Assembly (NCBI GenBank): GCA_958009085.1
Contig: OY253689.1
Span: forward strand, 372,001-436,000
Reading direction: 5' to 3'
Source of the DNA: Protoeuglena noctilucae
Taxonomy: Eukaryota
DNA: 64,000 nt
Shown: one piece after another, positions 13,065 through 27,028 of the stretch
How the letters are laid out: each line of letters starts with the position of its first letter
Numbering within the stretch: position 1 is the first letter of the stretch
Translations under genes and position numbers: made by a program
Notes under the pieces: generated by a model
Told to the model about the DNA's origin: nothing
The model's database searches: none
What the model saw: the letters and a program-made list of their open reading frames with translations, nothing else

Positions 13065-13872
13065 ATGGCTGGCGGTGAGGCGTCGACTCTCGCATACTCG
13101 ATGCAGACGATCGTGGCCACCGCGTTGACTTCGCCTGGGCGTGACAAGGCACCGCGCTCGGCAACATGCGCAGAGAGGCATCGATATGGCGCGCCCGAGT
13201 GGGTCAGGAACGTCCAGGGCACCGTGGGACGCATCCAGGGCACCGTCGGGCGCATCCATGGCGACATGGTCGAGGCGGGGACGGAGGAGCTGGCGGGCGT
13301 GCGCACAAACTTCAAGCGCACGTGGAAGCGCCACACACAGAAGTGGATGCGGAGCGTGGCCAAGGTGCACAGCCGCTGAAGCGTCACTGCGGCAGCGGCC
13401 TGGCCCGCGCCCTTGCCCGCATGGATGCCGCAACTGCTGCCCCGTCTCGTCCTCCGTGCAGGTCTGTGTCCCCGGCCTTGCAGCCGGGTGTCTGGCCGTG
13501 CACGTGGTCAAGCAGTGCATCCAGGGGGCTCTGAAGGCGCTCCTGCCGCGGCAGCGCCACCTGCACCTCGCGGTGGACTTCGTGATGCGCGTGTGCCTGC
13601 CCACGGCGGTGGTGGGGCCGGTCGTGTTCGTCTACCTCGTCCCGGAGGTGAGGCAGATGGGTGGTTGACACAGGGCGGACCCGCTCTGTGTAAGGCGGTA
13701 ACCCACCTAACAACGACGCCGTCGCTCGCCTGTGCAGAGCATCTTGGCGGTGGGCGCGGCTTACATCGAGGGCATCAGCGACACGATCAACGTGCAGCCC
13801 CGCCTGCCGACCCTCTCGTCCCTCCCGTTCCTCAACGGCGGCGAAGACAAGTTACGGGCGGAGCTGGACTGA
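13065..13872 (+). CDS. Small putative membrane protein of unknown function; start uncertain
   Basis: Exons join in frame: ..VQGTVGRIQGTVGRIHG..WMRSVAK|VCVPGLAAGCLAVHVV..VVGPVVFVYLVPE|SILAVGAAYIEG..RAELD*. Hydrophobic segments and a 21-bp coding tandem repeat near 13211-13260. Confidence 0.55.
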
Positions 13873-14009
13873 CGGTGCCAGAGGCCGCGCGCCAGGAGTG
13901 GTGCTGGTGCAGCCGGTGTGACGATTTCTGCCGCGTTTCCGCCGCACAGCGCCGTTATGCGTGCCGGATAACATAACGCAGACGACTCCGCTCAGCCTCG
14001 CGGCCGGAC

Positions 14010-17000
14010 ATGGCGAACAAGGACCGGGGCCGCGGCGAGGCGGCCCCGGCTCGCGTGGACGAGGCCGACGGGAGCGCGGATCCGGATTCCCACATCAAAA
14101 GCCTGCCGACGGTCGTCTACGATGCGGCCGAGCGCGAGAGGTGCGTGCGCGGGGGTGCTTGTCCCGATCTCGATCGTCTCCCTCCCCCCGCGCCCGACCG
14201 CGACCGCCTACCCTTCGCGATTCAGGGCCCGTCGATCGGCGGCAGAGTCCGAGGACCTCCAGCGCCCGGTGCTGCAGCGGTACCTCGCCCGATCCCTGCG
14301 TGCGGTCAAGCAGGTGGGCCATGGCCGTGCTTTGCCGCCTCCCGCTACCCGCTTGCCGCCGCGAACCTGCTCGTTTGCCCTTCGCAGAGGTTCCTGGCTC
14401 CGCGCTGGCGCGTCACCGAGGAGCACCACCTCAGCGCCCCCGTGCTCGTCGCCTGGGCTTACGCCTTTTGCTTCCTCTTTCACGACTGGGCGTCCCGCAG
14501 CTGGCTTACTTTCTGGTACCGCTGGACGCTGGGCGCCGTGCGCGACGCCCTCCCGCCCCTGGATGGCGTCCGCGTGCAGCTGCGGGAGAGCACGGGCGAG
14601 ACGGTCGCGCTGCTCGCCCTGGGGGCCCTGGTGGGGCTGGGGCTGGCCAGGTGAGACGAGTAATGGCGGGAGGGGAAATGCGGGGGAGGGTGTGAGGTGG
14701 GAAGAGCGGTGGTTAGGGGGGTTGTTAGGTAAGACGAGCGCGAGCGATTGGATGGTCGTTAGGCGACACGCATGCGATACTGCCCCCCCCCCCCCCCCGC
14801 CCCCCCCCCCCCCCACCCTCCCCTCTACACCTCCCCCCAGGCTCCGTTTCCGCCGGGAGGAGCGCCGCTCCGTCCTCGCCGCTGCCCTGGAGACCCAGCC
14901 GGGGTTCCGATACCTCCGCTCGGTCCTGACGCAGCTGCCAGATTACGTGACATTGGGAGAGGGGGGCGAGACGTGCGAGTGGCTCACCAAGCTCGTCGCG
15001 CAGGTCTTCCCCGCCGTGCAGGTGTGACGGGTGGTGTGCATACTAAGTATGGCTGTCGGTGCTTTGTGTAGCATCATCTCCCAGTTCCTCTCTCATACCC
15101 TTCCCGCCACTCACCCCTCTCCCCCACCCCCAGGCCTCCCTCTCCAGCATCATTTCCCAGTTCCTGGAGCCCGTCCTGGACCATAGCAAGCCCCCCGGCA
15201 TCCGATCGCTGAAGATCATCAAAGTCGACATCGGCACCAAGCCGCTGCAGTTCCTGGACGTACGCACGGTGCCGTTTGGGAACGAGGACGAGAGGCAGTT
15301 CGCCATGGACTTCGGTGAGTTCCTAAGATACATGGTGTTGTATCTTATGTGTGCAATTTGATGTGCAATTTGATGGTTGGGATGGGGCACAGTGTGTGCG
15401 TCGCTGACGTGATGTACCAGTGCTGGTGCAAAAATGTCCTGGGTCATCATAGCGCCTCTAGTGATGACTAATGGTGGGAGCAAAAACGGAAGATTATTTC
15501 AGTATGATCCCTTCTCACCTCATCCCCAGACATGGTGTTCGATTCCGAGCTGGATGCCCAGATGGCTATTCAGCTGGCCCAGATCACCAGCATTGCGCAA
15601 GTCAAGGACTTGAAACTGCAGGCCACGCTGAGGGTCCTCTTCGCGCCGCTGGGGCCCAAGGCGAGGATATTATCGGGGAGGGGTAGTAGAGGGGTGTTGG
15701 GGAGAGGTGTTGGGGTGTTAGAGGGGAGCGTGGGTGGGGGTGGTGGAGTGGATGTGGCTGTGGATGGGCAAGAGTGGTAGCCACTCCTTTCCCCACCCAC
15801 TCCCATACCCCACAGTCACCCACTCACATCCCCACCGACACACTCTCCACCCATGTCAGTTCACACATCAATCCGCACCAGCATCCTCATTGCCATTCCC
15901 CCCTTTCACACAGATCCCCGTCATCCGCGCCCTCTCCATCTCCTTCGCCCGCACCCCCACGGCCAAATTCCAGGTCCGCACCAAGGGCACTCCCCTGCCT
16001 GCCTTTGTGCTCACCTGGATTTCGAATATCATCACGGAAATGGTGCTGGAGTGGTTCGTGTGGCCGGAGCGCGTGGTGGTACCCATCGACACGAGCGGTG
16101 AGGCGATGATTGAGGGAGTTTGTAATTGTGATGGTGGTGGTGCACCCCCAGTCCCCGCCTTCACGCTCGAGCCCCAACCCACTCCACTCACCCCACCCCA
16201 CTCACCTTCCCCCACTCCCCCACATTGCACCCCCCTCACCCCATTTACACCCCACTCCCCCCACAAACACCCCACTCACCTCCCCCCACCCCTCTCAGTC
16301 CCCGCCTTCACGCTCGAGCCGCACCCCCTGGGCGTCATCCTTGTCAAGGTCAAGTCTCTGGAGCTGATGGAGGGGGTGCACGCGAATGCGATATTCTCCA
16401 AGCGACGCCGCGTGAGGCTCAAGATGTGGACGAGGGCGGGGGGGTCGCGGGCGTCGACGATCTCGGCCGTGCCGCACCGCATCAGCGCGATTGGTGAGAT
16501 AAGGGGTGGTGGTGAAGTGGATGGGACGGGTAGCAGTAGAGGTGGGGTGATTGGTGGATATCACTTCTGTCACTCACCCTTCGCTTCCCCTTTTCTCTCC
16601 CCAGGCCAGGCGGGGCAGCATTTCGAATTCGTGGTCAAGGAGCCCGCCAGCGAGCCACTGGTGAGATATGCAGGATTTGAATATACCAGAATGTACTAAC
16701 AAATGACCAGTTATTGACAATCTTGGCCATCAACTTTCCCATCAGTTGTCATAGACGCCCACATTTGTCACGAATGACAAGTTTTATCATAATAATTATT
16801 ACCTTTTATACCCTTTATATACCCTTCTTTCATCCCCCCACCATTACCAGTTCTTCGTCCTCGAGTCCGTGGGACTCCGCGCCTCCCTCCGCGTCATTTC
16901 CGCCATCCCCGTCGCCCGCGCCACGGTGTTGATCCAGGACGTGATTGACGACTGCGGGGGGGCGGCGGATACGGAGGTCAACTACGGGTGAGATATATAT

Positions 17001-18691
17001 GGTAATAACAGTAATGGTGATTAATTGTAGTGGCCTGGAGATGAGGGGGTGGCAGACGTTCAAATCAAATGATGTTCCTACTTTCATCTGTCTATACTTT
17101 TACATATTATTAGTATACTTATTTAATTTTTATTTGCATCATCGTTCTCGTGTTATGCAGGGTTCGTCTGGCTCAGGAGGACTTTCACGTGGCGGGGGGG
17201 AGGGAAGTGGCCATGGCAGAGGTGAGTGGTGGTGTCAATGTACAATTAGTGGGGCTTGTAAAGGGGTGTTATATGTAGTTATGCGTGTGATGATATGCTG
17301 TGTATCTCGGGTCGGTCTGAGGTACAATCGATCCCGACACAAATCGTGCCATCGCCTGTCATGCATAATAGCTCACTTATCGTCATCATTATCCTCCATC
17401 ACCACCCCGGGTGGGCCTTCGTTACAATCGGGTGGAGGATGGCTTGGATTCGGAGGTGGGGGCGGTGTGGGTGCGTGTGGTGACGCTCAGGGGGATACCC
17501 AGGATGGATGTGATGAGCTGGGCGGACCCCTACCTCACCGTCAAGCTGCCGGACGTGGGAGGCAAGTATAAGCGGTGAGGATTCGGGGGATGGGGGGGGA
17601 TGAGTGGGGGGGGGGGGGGGGGGGTGGAGGTGGTTGGTTATCGGTGCGAGAAGGTTGTGTGGTGGGGGCGGCAAGTACAAGCGGTGAGGAATTGGGGGGG
17701 TATGTGGGGGGGTGGTGGGGGTGGTGGGATGGTGGGGCGGTGGTGGGTGATAGGGGTGGTATGGGTGATGGGCAGGGGTCTGCTTGCCGCGCTTGCATCC
17801 TCCCCACAGCACATTCCTCACCCATTCCCGTCCCCCTCCCTTCCCCCCCCCCCCCCGCAGCACGTTCTCCACCCGGTCCAAATCATGCCGCGACGACCGC
17901 ACCCCCGTGTTTGTGTCGGAGCAGACGACCTTCATGGACGTGCAGCTGAGGGAGGAGAGGGACGGGGAGTTCCTGAAAGGCAAGTCACGATTGTGATAAT
18001 TCTAGTTATTATTGGCAATAACGATGTTGATTATGACCCCATTGTTGGACTTCTTCGTTCACCATGTGTTCATTGTGTTATATTTACGCCATGTGTTATA
18101 TTTTACGCCTGTTGTTTATCAGTGCCTCAATAGATATCAATCAATATCCATATCCAAGCCTCCAGGCATATATCTAATAACGTCTCCATCTCTTTACCAG
18201 AACTCCACCGAACCCCCGCAGACGCCACCGGCGACCAGCGCCGCGTCATTATCGAATTGTGGGAGTCTGATTATCTGAAAGACGACTACGTGGGTCGATG
18301 GGAGGTGGCTTTGGAGGAGGTGGTGGGGAGGGGGGGTCACTATGTGGGGACGGTGGTGATTGAGGGCATGTGCCCCAGCAGCCTCATTGTGCCGGACTGC
18401 AGGAAGCCTAAGGTGACTAGGAGTGGGTGGAGATATGAGAGGGGTTGGGATAAGATATGAGGGGGTTTGTGGTGAGAGGGCGGGGTCACTTGTGACCTCA
18501 CACGCAACGTCACTGCCACCCTTAACACCACCCCCACTGCCACCCCCACCACCACCCTCACCTTCTCTCCCCCACAGTGGGAGGCGTGGATGGGCGTGCC
18601 CTACGAGCCCCAGTATTCCCCCGCATCCAATGGCATGAGCAAGTGCCGCGTGGAGATGGATGTGATGGTGTCGTGGCTGGGGTATAACTGA
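14010..18691 (+). CDS. Synaptotagmin/extended-synaptotagmin-like protein (TM + SMP + C2 domains)
   Basis: TM segment, GETCEWLTKLVAQVFP, IIKVDIGTKPLQF, ATLRVLFAPLGPK|IPVIRALSISF, WFVWPERVVVPI, ADPYLTVKL, IELWESDYLKDDYVGR, stop TGA at 18689-18691. Confidence 0.85.
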
Positions 18692-19514
18692 GGGGGGTAA
18701 AATGGGAGAGAGATGGGGAGAGAGATATGGGGAGAGAGATGGGAAGAGAGGTGGGAAGAGAGAGGGGAGAGACGAGGAGATAAAGGGAAGAGAGGGGCAG
18801 GGCTGAAAGAGCCTGAACCTTTTCTTTGTCTAGTGTTGGATTGCCTTGTTGCTTTGCCAAGCTCAGAGTTCGCTCATAGTGCATTGCATTGCCATTTTCC
18901 GTTCCCTTTTCATGTCGCATTATTAACACTTCATTCACAGGGCGTGCCGCGCTGTTTAAACAGAGAGCTCATTCGAAAGCCAGCACGATGCGCCTGGGAA
19001 CGTGCTGCAGTGCAGGGGAACGTGCTGTTGCAGCTGTCGGCCCCAAACGTGCTGCGCTGCATTGTAGGGTAACACCCTACCCTGCCGGCCAGCATAGAAA
19101 GGCTACGATCGCTGATTACGGGGCAAGGGAGGTGATTTCTGGGAAAAGGTGGCAAACGTGGCAAACGTGGGGATAGGTAACGAGGGAGCGACAGGGAGGA
19201 GGGGTGGTGCTCTGGGGCAAAGCACCATTAACCCATTTACAGAGATGCTAGCATAGGTGCAAACGCCATAAGGCGAGCCTTAGGCGATATGCGTGGCGGG
19301 GAGGAGGGTGCACGCGGACGGGTCAGCAGGGTGGCAGGGGCAGCGTTTTGTTGCGAAAGACACACGCATGCCCACCCTCTCTGCACACACATGCATGCCG
19401 AACCCCCCGAACCCCCCGCCCCACTCCCCCACCCGTCACACGCCGCTCTTTGCCCTCCCCGCTCCCCATTATTCGCGACACTTGTCGTTTGGGTTCGAAT
19501 CCCACCCGCGTCTC

Positions 19515-22500
19515 TTATTCGAATTCCCCAAACAGGTAGGTGGCTGCGATGAGGACGTAGGTGCCCAGCAAAAGCAGGCCGATGAGCCACTGCGGATAGG
19601 GAAAGGAATGAGGGGATGCGGGGGTGATGATAACGATATATTATCAATATACTATCGATCTGATGAAATGATATGCAGTTTGTGGTTGCCACGCCATGCA
19701 AGCATCCATAATGCGTCAAGACAGTATCACCCGACACCACCCCTACCCTCACCTACCCCACTGCAACACTGCATTATCCCACACCCCCAACCCAACCCCC
19801 TAATCTACACCTCATCCCCACCACTCCCCTTCCACCCACCCTCATTCGCACCCACTCCAACTCCCCACCCCACCCCCCTCACCTGCGACCTGCCATCGGC
19901 CGTGACGGTGTTGGCGAGTATGACGGATAGGAAGAATATGAGCGTGGACAGCGGATCGAGATCCAATGCGAATGGCTTGCCCATGGCCCAGCCCGCCAGC
20001 ACCGCCAATGGGATGGCGAGGATGGCGATCTGGATGGAGGAGCCCAGGGCCACTGGGGGGGGAGGGAGGGAGAATGGGGATATGAGGTGTTGAATATTAA
20101 AATGGTAATATCAGTATCATTATTACAACCAGTAATATTGATGTGGAGGTTCGACCGTCCCACCGCGGACGGGTCCATCTTGTGAGGATAAGCATTTTAT
20201 AATAAATACTAATAATATCAACAATAGCATATCGTCATCTCACCCGACATGGACAGGTCCATCTTGTTCTTTAATGCCACCAGCACCGCAGTGAGATGCT
20301 CGCACGCGTTGCCAATCACAGGCAGCAGCACCACTCCAATGAAGTGGATGTTGAGCCCCGAATCGACGGAGACGTCTCGGATCGAATCGGTGAGGAACTC
20401 GGTGGATAGGGTGATGAGGGCCGTGATGACGGTGAGCACCGCGATGGAGCCGGGGATGCTCAGATGGGGGCGAGGGGGAGGTGGTAGAGAAAGTGAGAGG
20501 GGATAAAGCGAAGAATCAACTGTGATTGATATTTTGCTAGAGATATTTACATTATAAATAATACTCTAAAAATATAGCATTGATAATACTGTTTTAAGTA
20601 TTACTGTTATTATCATTAAAACCCCCCTTTCCTCACCGTGGGCTCCTCGTCGTCGTCCTCGTCGGTGAAGAGGTCGTGGTGGGTGTAGAGGGAGAACACC
20701 AGGTAGGCCGCGTACATTCCCAGCAACACCACGGCAGATACACGGGAAATGTCCAGCACCTCCTTCGTCACGTCCGCCTGCGTCTCGATCCACTTCAGGT
20801 GCGCCTTGTACACTGGGGTTGGTTGGTGGGAGATGGAATAATAATTTAATATAGTGTTAGATGATAGTAATACCAATTTACCGCATCACACCAGTCGCTG
20901 CCGTGACTATAAAGTTGACTATAAACATATACCAATTACCAGCAAACGCGACTTGCTAACAGTACTGCCAACGCTCACACGAGCATGGAGGAGTGACTGA
21001 TTATTAATAACTAACACCAGCCATTGACAAGTAATCAACTGATCACTAAGAGTCTCACCCGAGGGGATGCAGACGCCGATGGCGGCCAGCACGAGCATGG
21101 AGGAGTAGGCCTTGATGGCATTGGTGGAGAAGGTCTGTAAGTGGAACTTGAGACCCCCGATGAGGAAACAAGTCCCGGTCACCAGGAGCAGGTTGGACAG
21201 GATGCTGCCCACGAGCGTCATGGAGACGACCGTGAAGAGGTCCTTGCTGCGAGTGGGTGGAGATGGAAGAATATGTCATGTTACTAATAAGTGCTGTTGG
21301 TTAGTGTTATCGTTGAGTGTGTTATTGGTAAGCATCATGGCGACGACCGTGAAGAGGTCCTTGCTGCATGGACAAGACGGTAATAACAACCATGCATAAG
21401 TTACTGCTAACGACGCGCGTGACTGACGTTACTATTTCATATCGACACTCTCGCCCACATCACACCGATCATCTTTCACCGCAGCGCCGACATGGACAGG
21501 ATGATCTCCACGACATTCCCGAACGTGGCGTTGAGCAGCCCCCCCACGATGTTGCCGAACCTCGATGCCAAATCCTCCGTCACGTCCCCCAGGATCAGCG
21601 CGAGGGGAATAATGGCGAAGAAGTTCAAAGCGAAGTCCCAGGTGTGGCCCCAGCGGAGCATGCGAGACGCCACGGCTGGGGGGGATGGGGGGTGAGGGTG
21701 AGGGTGGGGGAGTGGTGAGGGTGGTAGTGGGGGTGGCAGTCGGGATGGTGTTGAGGGTGGGAGTGGGGGTGGTGTTGAGGGTGGCAGTGGGGATGGTGTT
21801 GAGGGTGGCAGCGAGGGTGGCACTGAGGGTGGCAGTGAGGGCTTGCGCACACAAAAGCATCCCATCGCCCGTGACAACAGCACCTTCCCCCCACCCCCGC
21901 ATTCCACCCTCTCCCAATGTCTCTCACCGAGCGGCAGGCAGAGGAGCAGGAGGGACCAGTAGGTCCCCGTCACCATGCCGTAGATTTTGGCCAGGTCCGT
22001 CGCAAGCGTGAACTTGACGGGAGCACCGGGGATCACGTCCATCGATGGTACGGCCAGCACTGCGATGTTTAGGGAGAAGCATTGATGAGGTCAGGGGGTG
22101 GTATTGGCGGGAAGAGGGAATGGAACGCGAATGTTAGCGCTGGAATTGATATAAGGGCTGTGGTTACTACTAGGCATAACAAGGAGCAAGGCGTGGAGGC
22201 GAGAGAGGGGCGGGGCGGACCAGCGTAGCAGCGTGGCAGGCCTGTCGCGGTCCCTCACCGGGCATGTCGCCGATTTGCGAGCTGGCGGGGGAGTTGCCGA
22301 GGAGTGGAGTTCCGGTCTGCGGAAACGGAAACGGGCGCGAGGGTCGCTGGACCGAGCGGAGCGCGGGAAGGGGCCCGAATGCGCGAGTCGACCTGGAGCG
22401 ACAGGTACGGGCCATCCCCGCCGCAATTGGGCGTTTCGTAGACAAATATTGCGCTTGGGACATGGAGACTGAAAATATAAACGCAAGTGCGCGGTGGGGA

Positions 22501-22938
22501 GGCCCGGGAAACGCGGCGCGTGGCGCGGCGGGAGCGACAACGGGCCATGGAACCATTGCGAGGCGTCCCCGGGACTTGCGGGGAGAAACCACGCAGTACG
22601 CCGCACGTCCACCTTCTGAATGGTGACGAGGACAGCTGAGTGGAACGCGCAGGGGCAACGGCCCGCGCCGGGCATGCAATTTTGTGGCGCAATGGTGGCA
22701 AACCCCTGAGAGGCCCGCCCGGCGCGCCCGGGGAAATGCGGAGCAATCTACGCTAGAAATAATACTGACATTAAAACGGCGAGCAGATATACGCGGCGAA
22801 AGCGGCGTCGGAGCGACGCGGCGAGCTGCCCTAGTGTGTGCGTCGTAAATCGGCCCCGCGCCTCACCTCGGCATCGGACCCGCCTCCCTCCCGCCGCTTG
22901 GAGATCTTTATGGCGCGGATAGACCTAGAGCGCTCCAT
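19515..22938 (-). CDS. CAX: Vacuolar Ca2+/H+ exchanger (CAX family); start tentative
   Basis: [92 protein letters not shown]. Confidence 0.93.
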
Positions 22939-23307
22939 CTCGGGCCACTCGCTGCTCAGGGAGGGCAGCCGGCGGCCTGGGATGCAAGACGTTCGGGTAA
23001 AGGACCGTTGGCGGGCGTCACGCGAGAAGGAGAGACGCGCCACGCGAGCGGCGATGAGATGCCCATCAAACGAAGAAAGCGGAGGGCGACAAAGGGCCGT
23101 GCCGGCGATGAGCTCCGGCCTTGCCAGGACCGCGGGGCAAACATCCTCGCTGTCAGGGACATCATCTAGTTGTCTCCGGCCGCACCACCCGTGACATTAC
23201 AACTACGACATCTGATTACGCAGCTGCGAGGAGCCACGGCCTGAGATTGTGTTTCTAAAGCGCAGCGGAGCCTCCACGGCCGGTGCGGATGCGAATCGCG
23301 CGCCGCG

Positions 23308-26300
23308 ATGCGCCGGGTCGGCGCTAGCGTCCTATCGCGGGCGCAGTGGCTGCGCAAACTCGGATCGCAATCGCGATGCCTCAGCGACGTCACGGAAGCC
23401 GACGTGCGGGCGTTTGGTGAGCGCGTTGGCGATTGCCGCGGTTGCGCGGCTCGCGCGCCCCGCTGCGCGCGGTTCGGCCCATCTCATTGTAAACCTCGTC
23501 GCAGAGAGTATACTCGGATCGGAGCATGTGGTCCGCTCGGGGCCGGAGCTCGACGCAGCGAATCGGGACTGGTGACACGCTGCGACCCATGCAACGCTGC
23601 GCTTTGGCCACAGCTCCCGGCCCCACTGCCTCCCACCTCAAGACGTCGACCTGGTCCCTTAACGCAGGCTGGGTCGCTGGCATGGGGCCGCTCCGCTTCT
23701 GCTCAGGCCTTCTTCCACGGCTGAGGTGTCGTCCCTTCTGCGCCACTGCAATGACAGACGCATCGGCGTCGTGACGCGATCGGTGAGGGGTATTGGGGTG
23801 GCAAACGATTAGATAATGCCATCTGTGATGATATTATGTTGGGTACAGTATTGATACCCATGACCCGACCCCAGCAAGCACTGCTCTTATTGACCCACTG
23901 CCGCACCAATTGCTCAACGCTACTCCGTGGCAGCAAGCGCCCCTCACCCTCACTTCTCTCTACCCCTCACCCCACCCCTCTCCCCTCACCATTACCCCTC
24001 ACCCCTCCCTTCCCCCTTCTCAGGGCAACACGGGCCTGGTGGGTGGGTCCGTCACCACTTCATCACAAGAGGTGGTCTTGAGCATGGCCCGCATGGACCG
24101 TGTGCTGTCTCTGGACACCCATGCAGCCGTGGTGCAGTGCCAGAGTGGGTGCACGCTGCAGGTGAGGGTTGGGGGGGTGGTGAGGGTTGCAGTGGTTGTG
24201 AAAGTGTGAGTGTCCGCTGCAGGTGAGGGGGGTGGTGAAAAGGGCAGGTATCTATATCTATATCTATATCTATATCTATATCTATATCTATATCTATATC
24301 TATATCTATATCTATATCTATATCTATATCTATATCTATATCTATATCCCCCCGCAGTCCTTGGATGACTTCCTGGAGCCCCACGGCCTGATGATGCCGA
24401 TTGACTTGGGAGTTAAGGCTTCGTGCATGATCGGTGGTAACATTGCCACCAATGCAGGGGGGCTGCACTATCTGCGGTACGGGTCCATGGTCGCCAACGT
24501 CATGGGCGTCGAGGTCGTGAGAGGTGAGTGGGGTGTGGGTGTGTGACTGGTGAATGATATGTGAAGCGTGTTGATATGGGGTGGAGGTCGTGAGAGGTGA
24601 GTGGGCGGTGTGGGTGTGACTGATGAAGCGTGTTAAGCGGGGGTGATATGCGGAGCGAGTTGATAAGTATAGGGGTTGTGAGAGGTGAGTGGGTGATGGG
24701 TGATGTATGGATATGCGAAGCGTGTTGATGTGAGTGGGAGTTGTGAGCAGTGCGTGGGTGGATTAGTTTGCTCGACCTCGTGTCACCCCGCACCATTACC
24801 CACCCCATCCCACCCCACCTCACCCCACCCCTCCATCTCCACAGCCAACGGCACCGTTCTCGACCTCATGTCCTCCTGCCGCAAGGACGCCACGGGATTC
24901 CCATTGCGGTCGCTGTTCGTGGGATCTGAGGGGACGCTCGGCGTCATCACTGGGGCGTCGGTCGCGTGTGTACCCAGGCCCGTGTCTCACTCGGTCATGT
25001 TTCTGGCAGCAGAGGGGTGGGGGCAGGTGCTGGGGACGTTGGCGGCGGCGAGGAGGGACTTGGGGGGGCTGCTGAGGTGAGGGGAAGAGGAGGGACGGTT
25101 GGGGATAGGTGGGTGGGAGTGGGAACGGGGAATGGGTGGGTGAAGACAGGTACTGCATTGTGGAGATGGGTTGTTGCCTTTGCGTGCATCGGCCGTGCGT
25201 GTGTCGATATCACCCCACCACCAACCACCACTCTGCTGTCACCCAGTGCCTTTGAGTTCATCGACCGCGCTTGCGTCGAGGTGGCCGAGCGTCACATCGA
25301 GGGGTACGCCGACCCACTGGCGCAGCAGGGCACGTTCCCCTTCTACGTGGTGGTCGAGGCGAGTGGTAGTGGTGGTAGCAGTACTGGTGGTGGTGTTTAT
25401 ATTACAGCTCGAGGCTTGTACCAATGATGGTATGCTAGTGGTTTTTATGATGCGATATAGCATTTGCACTCACGCATGTGACCCTCACATTCGCATTCCT
25501 GCATGTCACCCTCACATTCGCATTCCTGCATTCACGCAGATGACCCTCACGTCACGCACCCCCCAGCGCCAGATTAGGTTTGCCCCCCCCCCCCTGACGC
25601 AGGCGTCCGGGTCTGACGCCCAGCATGACGCGGCCCGCGTGGAGTCGTTTCTGGCGCTGGCGGTGGAGAGGGGGCTGGTGGCAGCCGGGATCGTGTCGCA
25701 GGTGCGGCTGAGTGTATATGGGGGGTTTGATGGGCAATGTTGGTTGTGGTGGGATGTGTATGAGGGGGCTGGTGGCAGCCGGGGTCATGTCGCAGGTGGG
25801 ATGCCTGTGCTATGGGCGATGCTGGTTGTGATGTGATGTGATGTGTCTGAGTGATGTTGCGTGGTAATGGCGGACATTTGGGTGAAATGCCCTGCACCCA
25901 CCCACCCTCACCTGACCCCCACTCCCCAATATCTCCCCCATCCCACTCTCACAGACCCTTCACCAGGCCCGTGAGCTGTGGCGGCTGCGATCCAAGGTCC
26001 CAGAGGCGTTGCCACGGGCGGGGCGCGTGTACAAGTACGATCTCAGTCTGCCGCTGAACGACATGTACGGGCTGGTGGAGGAAGGTGAGGGGCTAGTGGG
26101 GGTGGGGATGGGCAGACTGGTGGAGGAAGGTGAGGGGGTAGTGGGGGTGGGGAGGGGTGGATGGCGAGATGGAAACACTGGTGGGGGTTTGGTTTTGGAA
26201 GGGAGCCACAATCCTCAAGTATTAGCAGAGAACAGATCAGCTCACCATGAAATCGACTGCAGCTCACAGCACCACTCTTACATCGATCATGATGACTGGT

Positions 26301-27028
26301 ATCCACATTCGCATGCGCAGTGCGTCGGCGTATAGGCGGTGGCGGCTACGTGACGGGGTTTGGGCACCTGGGCGACCAGAACCTGCATTTGAACGCCGTG
26401 GTGCCCGAATATTCGGAGGAGGTGAGGTTCAAGGGGGTCTGCTATGGATGCGGGCAGAGGGGGTAACGGCGGTACGTCATGCACAGCACGTTCTGTTCGG
26501 GAGTAGCTGCGATGCGGCGCGCGTGTCTGTTTTATCTTGATCATGATCTCTCATGTATTGCCGCAGGTGTTGTCGATCTTGGAGCCGTTCGTGTACGAGT
26601 GGACGTTGGCGCGAAGGGGAAGCATCAGCGCCGAGCACGTGAGGGCATCGCAACATTAGATGGCGTCTCTGCGATGTGTACTTTACAACGGTTAAATCCT
26701 TTCTCTTTGGTTTTGTACAAGAATATGCGATGTTGACACTGCAAACATACGCGTTTGCAGGGCCTGGGGCAGCACAAGCGCGAGGACCTGCACTATTCCA
26801 AAACGCCCGAGGCGATCGAGCTGATGGCCAGCATCAAGGCGCTGCTCGACCCGAACGACATCCTCAACCCCCGCAAGACGCTGGTGAGCGGTCGCCAGCG
26901 ATGCTGCCGCGGAAACTCTGCGACCTAACCATTTGCAAGCACGTCCACGATGCTCCGTGGCTCTTCTCCGCTCGCAGCCCCAAGCCTACTTGGACAGAGC
27001 GTACGGGAGGACGCCAGCGCGTCATTAG
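23308..27028 (+). CDS. D2HGDH: FAD-linked D-2-hydroxyglutarate dehydrogenase, mitochondrial
   Basis: Transit-like N-terminus, [108 protein letters not shown]. Confidence 0.92.
24249..24348. repeat. (TATATC)n microsatellite, about 16 copies, intronic
   Basis: Perfect hexamer array directly before the CCCCCGCAG acceptor. Confidence 0.95.

Noticed and set aside
11149..13167. 672-aa and other long ORFs over the AAC promoter region
   Set aside because: GC-rich stop-poor frames with Pro/Arg/Ala-biased translations; only the AAC exons match a family.
20152..20174. Small hairpin GACCGTCC..GGACGGGTC in a CAX intron
   Set aside because: Short, and partly explained by an echo of the KMDLS exon end.
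24052..24546. Poly-(DI) and poly-(IY) proteins
   Set aside because: Translations of the intronic TATATC microsatellite.
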